Assembly: GCA_041494705.1 (NCBI GenBank)
Contig: JBGQBI010000004.1
Coordinates: forward strand, 30,001 to 62,000
Length of the DNA stretch: 32,000 nt
DNA from: Candidatus Methanoperedens sp.
GTDB lineage: Archaea; Halobacteriota; Methanosarcinia; Methanosarcinales; Methanoperedenaceae
Direction of reading: 5' to 3'
The notes under the pieces were generated by a model. That model searched no databases, was not told the DNA's origin, and saw only the letters and a program-made list of their open reading frames with translations. The translations under genes were made by a program, and so were the position numbers. Numbering within the stretch: the stretch's first letter is position 1; the number at the start of each line of letters is the position of its first letter. Positions 25,180 to 32,000 of this stretch are shown here, in pieces.

Positions 25180-26436
25180 TTATTTCTTCCCCTTCGCCCC
25201 GTTCAACTTAAACAATTCAGCCACCGTATCCAGGAACCGCTCATCATCATGCTCCGCCGCATTCCTGAGAATCTTCGTAGGCTCGGCAAGTATCTGGTTG
25301 GCAAAAGAATGCGTCATGTCATCCAGCACTTCTCTCTCGATATCCCCGATGGTATGACGCGCTTTGAGTTTATTTACAGCTTCCTCGCGCTCCTTCTCCC
25401 GTATTTGTTCAACCATTGAATAAAGAGCCGAGATAATATTATCCGCCTGCTGCCGCTTGTACTGCTTCTTGAGCAGCGCAAGTTCCTCTTCGATAATCAG
25501 CTCAACCTTTTTGGCTTCCTCCTTTCGTTTCTCAAGGTTTGCCTCGCTGATGCTTCTTAAGCTGTCGATATTATACAGGCTGACACCCTGGATATCCCCT
25601 ACACTGCTCTCGATATTTCGCGGGTTCCCTATATCGATAAGCATTATGCCATTTTCCCGTTTTTTAATTAAGCGGGACATTATTTCATGCGTTAAAACAA
25701 AGTGGGGGGCTTTGGTGGCGCTTATTACCACATCCGATTTCGGGATGTATTGTTCCATCGAATCATACTTCACAGCCTTGCCCTCTAATTCGCAGGCTAA
25801 AGCCTCGGCTTTATCAAAAGTCCTGTTCGCAACGTAAATTACCTTGATATTCTTATTCGCAAGCGCCCTTGCCACAAGCGTGCCCATCTCGCCCGCCCCT
25901 ATTACCATAACGGTTTTTCCATCCAGCCCGCCAAGCTCTTCCTCCGCAAGTTCCACCGCGGCAGAACCGATGGATACCGACCCTTTATTGATACCGGTTT
26001 CACTCCTTACGCGTTTTCCTACCTGTATTGCCTTGTTAAAAGCCGTATCCAGTGTTTTTCCGACAGCTCCGGCTTTTTTTGCCATAAGGAATAATTCTTT
26101 GACCTGTCCGAGAATCTGGTCTTCGCCTACTATCATGGATTCCAGGCCGCAGGTCAGGCGCAGCAGATGGCGGAGAGTCTCCTCATGGTCAAGAAAATCA
26201 ATAATCCGTGATGAGACTTTCATGTGTTTTGCGAATTCAAAAAGCACCTTGCTTCCTTTTGGCGAAACCACATACACTTCAACACGGTTGCACGTTTTCA
26301 GGACAGCGCATTCTTCAACGAGTTCATGAGATTTAAGACGGACTAAAAGCTGGTCTATACCGCCGTGCCAGGCACCTTCCATCTCATCAATGGTCGCCTT
26401 GGTATGCGTGATTAGCATGCTTGATATTTCAGTCAT
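25180..26436 (-). CDS. hemA: Glutamyl-tRNA reductase
   Basis: It has the catalytic-Cys motif LKTCNRVEVY, GEDQILGQVK, SVSIGSAAVELA and the NADPH motif VIGAGEMG. Confidence 0.95.
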   Translation of the reverse strand: MTEISSMLITHTKATIDEMEGAWHGGIDQLLVRLKSHELVEECAVLKTCNRVEVYVVSPKGSKVLFEFAKHMKVSSRIIDFLDHEETLRHLLRLTCGLESMIVGEDQILGQVKELFLMAKKAGAVGKTLDTAFNKAIQVGKRVRSETGINKGSVSIGSAAVELAEEELGGLDGKTVMVIGAGEMGTLVARALANKNIKVIYVANRTFDKAEALACELEGKAVKYDSMEQYIPKSDVVISATKAPHFVLTHEIMSRLIKKRENGIMLIDIGNPRNIESSVGDIQGVSLYNIDSLRSISEANLEKRKEEAKKVELIIEEELALLKKQYKRQQADNIISALYSMVEQIREKEREEAVNKLKARHTIGDIEREVLDDMTHSFANQILAEPTKILRNAAEHDDERFLDTVAELFKLNGAKGKK

Positions 26437-27076
26437 TAATGTTCCGGTCTATATGTTTTAAAGCTAACATATATGCTTTGTCATAAGATTCGCCAAGAGC
26501 CGTCCAAACTTCATTATCATTGATTATACTCCATAAAATCTTTTTCCGCTTTTTCTGGTCTTCCACTCGTGTTTTAAGTAATTCGCGAATCTCGTTCTGA
26601 AGCCTTGACATCTCTGCAAATCCGGGTGTTATGACCTCTTCTATCCTTTCACGTATATACTTTGAAAGCGCAGGGCTCTGTCCGAGAGTCGATATCCCGA
26701 TTACAATATCGCCCCGCTTTATTACGGATGGGACAATGACATCCCCCAGGCCGTCCACACGGTCAATAAGTATCCCTCTTTCACCTGCAAATCCTGCTAT
26801 CTTTTCATTCAATGCGGCATCGTTTGTAGCAGGAATCACAATAAATGCATTTTTAAGATATTCGGCTATTCCCGTTTCAGAAAGGTCAGCCTTTATCAGG
26901 TTTATTTTTCCTTTTTCGCAAAGCTCTTCCAGGCGGGGTGTGAACTCCCTGCTCACAACAATTACGTGTGCATGCTCGCAAAAAAGCACTGCTTTTCGCT
27001 CTCCAACATCGCCGCCTCCGAAAATTACCACTTCTTTTCCACTCAAATCAAGCATCAGGGGTAAAAAATCTTTCAT
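26429..27076 (-). CDS. sirC: Precorrin-2 dehydrogenase / sirohydrochlorin ferrochelatase (siroheme synthase N-terminal domain type)
   Basis: It has VVIFGGGDVGERKA (the GGGxVAxRK motif) and is 215 aa. It overlaps hemA by 8 nt and the upstream gene by 4 nt. Confidence 0.8.
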   Translation of the reverse strand: MKDFLPLMLDLSGKEVVIFGGGDVGERKAVLFCEHAHVIVVSREFTPRLEELCEKGKINLIKADLSETGIAEYLKNAFIVIPATNDAALNEKIAGFAGERGILIDRVDGLGDVIVPSVIKRGDIVIGISTLGQSPALSKYIRERIEEVITPGFAEMSRLQNEIRELLKTRVEDQKKRKKILWSIINDNEVWTALGESYDKAYMLALKHIDRNIND

Positions 27077-27531
27077 AGCCTTACACCGGTTTTCTTAAAT
27101 TCCCGTTCACTGAAAAGAATGCTGTAATCCTTAATGCCTGTAGCAATGGATATTTCCCTGGCGATTTTTTCGCATTCATCGCGCGAATAGGCATGTATCA
27201 TGGTAAAAAGGTTGTATCTCCAGTCAGGAAAGCGCGGGCGTTCATAACAATGGGTCACTTCAGGAAAACCAGCCATAATAGCTCCGACCGTTTCCACTTT
27301 CTCATCCGGGACATTCCATGTGCACATGGCATTTGCGGTTATCCCGATAGCCCGGTGACCGATAGATGCGCCAAAACGCCGTATGACCCCGTCTTTTAAA
27401 AGGTTATCCAGCCTTCTCAAAACCTCCTCTTCGGGGAGCGCCAGTTCTCTGGCTATTTGTTTGAACGGTTCGGATACTATTGGTATCCCGTCTTGCGTTG
27501 ACTTTAATAATTTTTTATCAATTTCGTCCAT
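27073..27531 (-). CDS. Siroheme decarboxylase subunit (AhbA/AhbB, NirD/H/L-like, AsnC/Lrp fold)
   Basis: The pattern IDKKLL...QDGIPIVSEPF..IA.EL...EEEVL.RL..L...GVIRRFGA..., then EVTHCYERP and YNLFTMIH, is characteristic of Ahb/NirDL proteins. It sits in an operon with sirC and hemA. Confidence 0.8.
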   Translation of the reverse strand: MDEIDKKLLKSTQDGIPIVSEPFKQIARELALPEEEVLRRLDNLLKDGVIRRFGASIGHRAIGITANAMCTWNVPDEKVETVGAIMAGFPEVTHCYERPRFPDWRYNLFTMIHAYSRDECEKIAREISIATGIKDYSILFSEREFKKTGVRL

Positions 27532-27590
27532 GTTAGCCGATAAATTTATTTAACCAATGTGCATATTATTACTTAATAAGTTCGGTAAGG

Positions 27591-27620
27591 ATAGGAATAA
27601 ACGATATTAGATATTCCTAT
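27591..27620. promoter_or_regulatory. 9-bp inverted repeat (ataggaata / tattcctat, 12-nt spacer) in the divergent intergenic region
   Basis: Read directly. It lies between the ahb-sirC-hemA operon start (27531, minus strand) and the membrane protein gene (27633, plus strand). An operator role is speculative. Confidence 0.25.
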
Positions 27621-27632
27621 AAATAAATTAAT

Positions 27633-27989
27633 ATGATATACCTCAAAAACGCCCTGGAAATGATTGATGAAGTAGTAGTTATCCCTTTGGCCATAATTAC
27701 TTTCTTTTTATTAATATACATAGTCGTATATCTTTATAAAAAAGACACTGATGTAATAAGATCCAGGATTTTTTTGAAATATGACGAGTTTAAAAAAGCA
27801 TTTTTATTGCTGGCTGTTTTTGCTTTTATCTTGGTCTTACACGTATCATTGATTTTTGTTCCGCATTTCTATTCATTCGAGGATTCTCCTTTAATCGAGG
27901 ATTTCCAGAGGTTTTTCGGATTGATTCTGGTTCTGGTAATGATAACTTTTGTGTATATAATTTTTAGAAATATACGAAACGGCAAATAG
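27633..27989 (+). CDS. Small hypothetical membrane protein (about three TM segments)
   Basis: A 118-aa ORF with three clear hydrophobic stretches. The region is AT-rich. Confidence 0.5.
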   Translation: MIYLKNALEMIDEVVVIPLAIITFFLLIYIVVYLYKKDTDVIRSRIFLKYDEFKKAFLLLAVFAFILVLHVSLIFVPHFYSFEDSPLIEDFQRFFGLILVLVMITFVYIIFRNIRNGK

Positions 27990-28018
27990 ATGTATTCCTT
28001 TCGCAACTTTTTAATAGA

Positions 28019-28177
28019 TTATCTTTTCAAATTGATATTGACAGTTTTCCAGTCGCTTCCGACGCCATGAAGCGCTTCAATAGAACCTTTGACCATTCCG
28101 AACAGGATTTTCTTTACAAAGCCGTTCATCGGGATATTCTTCCCGTCCACTTCTAAAACAATATCTGTATCATCCAT
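28019..28177 (-). CDS. Unlisted 52-aa small ORF (MDDTDIVLEVDGKNIPMNGFVKKILFGMVKGSIEALHGVGSDWKTVNINLKR)
   Basis: I translated this by hand from the minus strand. The ATG is preceded by gaggt with a 6-nt spacer. The composition is balanced and protein-like, and the ORF fills an otherwise empty 260-bp gap. Confidence 0.4.
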   Translation of the reverse strand: MDDTDIVLEVDGKNIPMNGFVKKILFGMVKGSIEALHGVGSDWKTVNINLKR

Positions 28178-28252
28178 ACAAGAACCTCGTCTCAATATAG
28201 GCTAAATGCCCATAATAGTTTTACTGTTTGTTCAATTATTTTAGAAGATTTT

Positions 28253-28966
28253 ATGTCTATAAAAATTATTGAAGGATTCATGCAGGAAAATAAAATCAGA
28301 ATCCTTGATATGCAAAAAGAGGATAGACCGCGCGAAAGACTCGTAAAGAAAGGACCTGCATCATTGAGCGATTCGGAACTCCTGGCAATCATCCTGAGGA
28401 CTGGCTCAAGAAAGGAGAATGTGTTAAACCTGTCCCACAGGATATTAAACCAGTATAATTTCAAACAACTATCCCGGATTAACCTTACCCAGTTGATGAA
28501 AGTGCACGGCATAAAAGAAGGTAAGGCAGCGCAGATTTCAGCCTGTTTTGAGATTGCGCGAAGGCTTGAATCCTGCACTGAAGAGATAAAACCAAAAATC
28601 AACTCGCCTGAAGACGTTTACAGGCTGATATACCCGAGATTGCGTGAAGAGAAAAAAGAAATGTTCATCGAACTCTGTCTTGACACCAAGAACCAGGTGA
28701 TAAAGGAGGAAACTATCTCAATCGGTTCCCTGAATGCCAATGTCGTACACCCAAGAGAGGTGTTTAAGATGGCGCTTGCCGAATCGGCCGCCCATATCAT
28801 CGTGGCTCATAATCATCCCTCAGGCGACCCAACACCAAGCAGGGAAGATATTGAAATAACCAAAAAATTAGTGGAAACCGGAAGCATAATGGGAATAACT
28901 GTCCTTGACCATGTAATTATCGGTGATGGGAGGCATTTTAGCATGAAAGAGGCAGGGCACATCTGA
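28253..28966 (+). CDS. radC: RadC-like JAB/MPN-domain protein
   Basis: It has RPRERL..KG...LSDSELLAIILRTG at the N-terminus and the JAMM-like HNHPSGDPTPSREDIEITKKL. An alternative start is Met10 (28280). Confidence 0.9.
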   Translation: MSIKIIEGFMQENKIRILDMQKEDRPRERLVKKGPASLSDSELLAIILRTGSRKENVLNLSHRILNQYNFKQLSRINLTQLMKVHGIKEGKAAQISACFEIARRLESCTEEIKPKINSPEDVYRLIYPRLREEKKEMFIELCLDTKNQVIKEETISIGSLNANVVHPREVFKMALAESAAHIIVAHNHPSGDPTPSREDIEITKKLVETGSIMGITVLDHVIIGDGRHFSMKEAGHI

Positions 28967-28980
28967 TTTTGGGAGTTGTC

Positions 28981-29601
28981 ATGTCTTATTCTGCGCTCAT
29001 CCTTGCGGGGGGAAGAGGAAGCCGGCTGGGGTATCGGGAAAAAGCCCTCATGGATATTAATGGCAAACCTCTTCTGTCTTTTGTTATCGAAAGCCTCGAA
29101 AAAGTGGTCGATAACATTATCATTTCTGTTCGTGATAAGGCACAGGGCGAATTGCTGGAATCCCGCTTCCCGGGATTTGCTTTTGCATACGATATGCATA
29201 AAAACACAGGACCGCTTGCCGGCATACTTTCAGGGCTTCTGGCATGTAGGGATGAATTCTGCTTTATTGCGGCCTGCGATATGCCTTTTATAAATGATAA
29301 AGTAGTTAAGACGCTTTTTCTGAAAAGTGAATTTCACGATGCTGCAATCCCGCGATGGGATGATGGTTTTCTTGAACCGTTGCATGCTGTTTACAGGTGC
29401 AAACCTATGATACATGAGACAAAAAAAGCAATCGAACGCGGTGAAACCATTATTCTTGCTCCCGTTTTTAAATTAAAAGTCAATTATGTGGATATCAATG
29501 AAATTAAGAAAGTTGACCCTGAATTAAAAACGTTTATGAATATCAATACACCTGAAGATATGCAGAAGATAATCAAAAATGCAAAATTCAAATCATTTTA
29601 A
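28981..29601 (+). CDS. mobA: Molybdenum cofactor guanylyltransferase
   Basis: It has ALILAGGRGSRLG, then EKALMDINGKPLL, then ACDMPF. The track ORF starts at a TTG (28969), but the ATG at 28981 has gggag 5 nt upstream. Confidence 0.88.
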   Translation: MSYSALILAGGRGSRLGYREKALMDINGKPLLSFVIESLEKVVDNIIISVRDKAQGELLESRFPGFAFAYDMHKNTGPLAGILSGLLACRDEFCFIAACDMPFINDKVVKTLFLKSEFHDAAIPRWDDGFLEPLHAVYRCKPMIHETKKAIERGETIILAPVFKLKVNYVDINEIKKVDPELKTFMNINTPEDMQKIIKNAKFKSF

Positions 29602-30346
29602 TATGTATACTAAAAAATATCATGCACTGGAGCTAACCGGCGACGAAACCCATGAAAAAAATTATGTAGTGGCTGTGGAAGATACGATTGAGCTGTTTGT
29701 AAACAATGTCCAAATTGCAGCAATATTAGCTACCCCTGAAATGCAAAAGGAGCTTGCTTATGGTTATCTTATCTGTGAGGGGATTGTGAAAGCTCCGGAT
29801 GATATTCAGGGCATCCGTATCGAGGGGAAAACAATACATATCGAGGTAGAACCCACCGAACATCTTGAATTGTGGCGTGAATTGCGCTCCTCCGGATGCG
29901 TGGGTGTCAGATGGGAAGAAAACGAATCGGTATCGGTAAACTCAGATACGATTTTCAGCCCGGAGACTATTAAAAAAAGCCTTGTGTTCCTTGAATCGGA
30001 AGTATATACCAGGACGCGCGGTACGCATGCAGCATGCCTTGTAAATACAGGGGGTGAATGCGTGGCAAAAGCGATAGACGTTGGAAGGCATAATGCCTTT
30101 GATAAGGTTGTAGGGCGCGCCTATCTTGAGGGAATTGATGTAAGCAAGCATTTCATTTTATCTACGGGGCGACAATCAGCCGGCATGGTATTGAAAGCCG
30201 CCCGCGCCGGAATTCCTCTTGTAGCAACGAAAACCGCGCCGCTTAACACCGGCATTGATGCCGCCCAAAGGACAAGGGTCTGCCTTGTTTGTTTTGTGTC
30301 GCATGATAAAATGTCTGTCTTTGCGCATCCTGAGAGGCTCAAGTGA
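29579..30346 (+). CDS. fdhD: Formate dehydrogenase accessory sulfurtransferase FdhD
   Basis: It has RSSGCVGV, GTHAACL and GRHNAFDKVVG, followed by a STGRQSAGMVLKAARAGIPLV tail. An alternative start at 29603 would remove the 23-nt overlap with mobA. Confidence 0.88.
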   Translation: MQNSNHFNMYTKKYHALELTGDETHEKNYVVAVEDTIELFVNNVQIAAILATPEMQKELAYGYLICEGIVKAPDDIQGIRIEGKTIHIEVEPTEHLELWRELRSSGCVGVRWEENESVSVNSDTIFSPETIKKSLVFLESEVYTRTRGTHAACLVNTGGECVAKAIDVGRHNAFDKVVGRAYLEGIDVSKHFILSTGRQSAGMVLKAARAGIPLVATKTAPLNTGIDAAQRTRVCLVCFVSHDKMSVFAHPERLK

Positions 30347-30837
30347 TTCCTGTCATTTGTATTGTGGGGAAAAGCAAAAGCGAAAAAACGAAATTGATGG
30401 AAGTATTGATAAAAGAACTGAAGAACCTCGGTCTTCGAGTCGGCGCTATAAAATATCATAAACATGGCGATTTTGATATGGATATCGAAGGTAAGGATAG
30501 CTGGAAATATGCAAAAGCAGGTGCAGATGCGGTCGCTATTTCCTCATCGGTGAAGTTTGCATTTATCAAAAAGGCTGAAAAAGGAATGGAAATTGATGAA
30601 ATTTGTGATAAATATTTCCCTGATATCGATATTGTGCTTGCCGATGGTTTCACATTATCCGATAAGCCCCGCATCATTGTTGCGGATAGTGATGAGGAGG
30701 TTTCTATTTTCAAAAGGGGCTGCCCTGTGATAGCGGTTGCGGGTAAATCAGGGCTTCATGATATAGAACCAATAATGAATAAAATAATTGAGTTTTTGAA
30801 AAACCACAGAGAACGCAGAGGACACAGAGAAAAATAA
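30343..30837 (+). CDS. mobB: Molybdopterin-guanine dinucleotide biosynthesis adapter MobB
   Basis: It has the P-loop-like VICIVGKSKSEKT, IKYHKHGDFDMDIEGKDSWKY and ADIVLADGF. Its last ~12 codons (KNHRERRGHREK) lie inside a repeat element. Confidence 0.88.
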   Translation: MIPVICIVGKSKSEKTKLMEVLIKELKNLGLRVGAIKYHKHGDFDMDIEGKDSWKYAKAGADAVAISSSVKFAFIKKAEKGMEIDEICDKYFPDIDIVLADGFTLSDKPRIIVADSDEEVSIFKRGCPVIAVAGKSGLHDIEPIMNKIIEFLKNHRERRGHREK

Positions 30838-31042
30838 CAACGCTCTGTGCTCTGGTATGAAAAAGTGTAAAAACCACAAAGCTGAACACAGATGGCACGG
30901 ATTCGACGGATTCCCACGGATTTTTTATCCGTGCCAATCCGTACCATCAGCGTAAATCCGTGTTCTACGCCAACCATTGTTTAGGCTTTTTCATGTTCAT
31001 TTGTGAACCGCGTTCATAGCTGACTCTGTGTCCTCCGTGGTT
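30802..31042. mobile_element. MITE/REP-like palindromic element with imperfect terminal inverted repeats and an internal acggatt/aatccgt palindrome
   Basis: The left end aaccacagagaacgcagaggacacagag (30802-30829) pairs with the right end ctctgtgtcctccgtggtt (31024-31042), whose reverse complement is aaccacggaggacacagag. Internally there are three direct (c/g)acggatt copies at 30896-30922 and three inverted atccgt copies at 30927-30962, centred on the hairpin cacggat/ttttt/atccgtg. Confidence 0.55.
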
Positions 31043-31125
31043 AATTATCTGACTGGGATTGATAATCCAGAATAAAATAATATGAAATCAACTTATCTAT
31101 TCAATAGCGGGATAAGAAATATTTG

Positions 31126-31785
31126 CTAATATTCATTTATCGTATGGTTACGCCGTTTCATTGGAACGTAGATTACGCCGTCCTCGCCGTCTATTTTAGA
31201 AGCAATGCCATTGCCTTCGCAGTAGGCGACATATGCGGAAAGTATGGCATCCAGTTCGTCATCAAACAAAAGCCTGTCACTCGTAATTGCATCCAGCCCA
31301 TCTATAAAACCTGAAAGTGCATCCTGTATTACCTTTCTGCCTTCCTTTGATTTTTTCTTCTCATCTATGCCAATATTCAGAATTTTCCTGGCTGCATAGG
31401 GGTAAACTTCTATTACCCTGGCATCGAGTTCGGCTTCAGCCCATTTCTTAAGTTCAATCCCCTTATCCACCCATCTGCTTACCCATTGCGCGCCAGAGGG
31501 ATAGCACGGGATTCCATGTTTGCGAAGCCGCCTTTCGCATTCCCTCATTGTCCCGTGCTCAGGTCTTGAAAGAGGCGCATCTATGCCGATAATCCTTGAA
31601 CTTGAATTTTCAGATAAACCGGTTAAGTAATCGCGGATTTTCTTATCGTCTGATATCGTATGCTCAGGTAGAGCTTCTATCCGGGGTTTTCCATTTTTTT
31701 CAATAAGGTAAGCAAGACCCGTACTTTTTCGGAGCATGCTGGTCCCAAGGTCAACGCCTATGAATACTGTTCTTTTATTGCTCAT
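31126..31785 (-). CDS. DUF429-family protein (predicted RNase H-fold nuclease)
   Basis: It has the N-terminal FIGVDLGTS...TGLAYL and IIGIDAPLS motifs, and later DELDAILSAYVAY, as in DUF429 proteins. Confidence 0.65.
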   Translation of the reverse strand: MSNKRTVFIGVDLGTSMLRKSTGLAYLIEKNGKPRIEALPEHTISDDKKIRDYLTGLSENSSSRIIGIDAPLSRPEHGTMRECERRLRKHGIPCYPSGAQWVSRWVDKGIELKKWAEAELDARVIEVYPYAARKILNIGIDEKKKSKEGRKVIQDALSGFIDGLDAITSDRLLFDDELDAILSAYVAYCEGNGIASKIDGEDGVIYVPMKRRNHTINEY

Positions 31786-31812
31786 TCCTGACCCTTCTAA
31801 AACAGAATTTAT

Positions 31813-32000
31813 TTACCTGATGTTAAACTTCACTCCAATCTTAAACAGCCTCCTTGTAGGCAAATTCATGACCTCACACCCCGTTTTCTCAGAAATCTCC
31901 CCCAGAATCTCCTGCATTCTCTCCTCATTCTCAGCCGAAAGCGTGAACCAGATATTGTAATTAGCAGGTCTCAAATAATTATGCGAAACCTCATCATATT
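31813..32000 (-). CDS. Partial (C-terminal 61 codons) second siroheme decarboxylase-like AhbA/B paralogue; continues beyond the window
   Basis: My hand translation of the minus strand gives ...[61 protein letters not shown]. The VSHNY-R...YN-WFTL...LP....FKI pattern is the Ahb/NirDL C-terminal half. The stop is at 31813-31815. Confidence 0.65.
   Translation of the reverse strand, partial: YDEVSHNYLRPANYNIWFTLSAENEERMQEILGEISEKTGCEVMNLPTRRLFKIGVKFNIR

Noticed and set aside
30710-30977. Two minus-strand ORFs (75 and 73 aa) overlapping the mobB 3-prime end and the intergenic repeat
   Set aside because: They lie within the MITE/REP-like palindromic element. Translations such as TDKKSVGIRRIRAI can arise from read-through of acggatt/atccgt repeats and are unlikely to be genes.
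31123-31314. A 63-aa plus-strand ORF at the 3-prime end of the DUF429 gene, and a 74-aa ORF at 31736-31960
   Set aside because: They are antisense to better-supported minus-strand coding regions (DUF429 and the partial Ahb-like gene) and have hydrophobic, low-information translations.

Overview
The window is archaeal chromosomal DNA. Ribosomal protein S8e, FlaI/FlaJ-type secretion genes, an HdrA-MvhD fusion with a polyferredoxin, a split lipoate ligase and alternative-heme Ahb genes together suggest a Methanosarcinales/ANME-like methane-metabolising archaeon (inference only). It is densely coding and mostly housekeeping: uvrB, rps8e, lplB/lplA, hdrA plus polyferredoxin, a tandem U32 peptidase-family gene, hemA plus a precorrin-2 dehydrogenase and a siroheme decarboxylase, and radC-mobA-fdhD-mobB. 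I recognised no rRNA, tRNA or CRISPR array. Five things stand out. (1) A visibly AT-rich, translationally coupled two-gene cassette (7509-9370) sits between uvrB and a sugar-phosphate isomerase; it encodes an ABC/OLD-type ATPase and a 165-aa acidic, mini-Toprim/DUF4276-like protein, and is the best candidate for an undescribed defence-type system. (2) A dense array of at least eight hairpin/palindrome elements (43-255) is followed by a very AT-rich tract, upstream of a MinD/ParA - FlaI-like - FlaJ-like module. That module has no pilin or archaellin genes in view, and its ATPase carries a ~280-aa K/E-rich N-terminal extension. (3) A ~74-bp direct duplication of the U32 gene promoter and first 15 codons brackets a yip1-like gene. 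(4) A MITE-like palindromic element follows mobB and appears to supply the last codons of that gene. (5) An unusually long intergenic region lies at 10186-10750. All functional calls come from reading motifs in the supplied translations; no database search was run.
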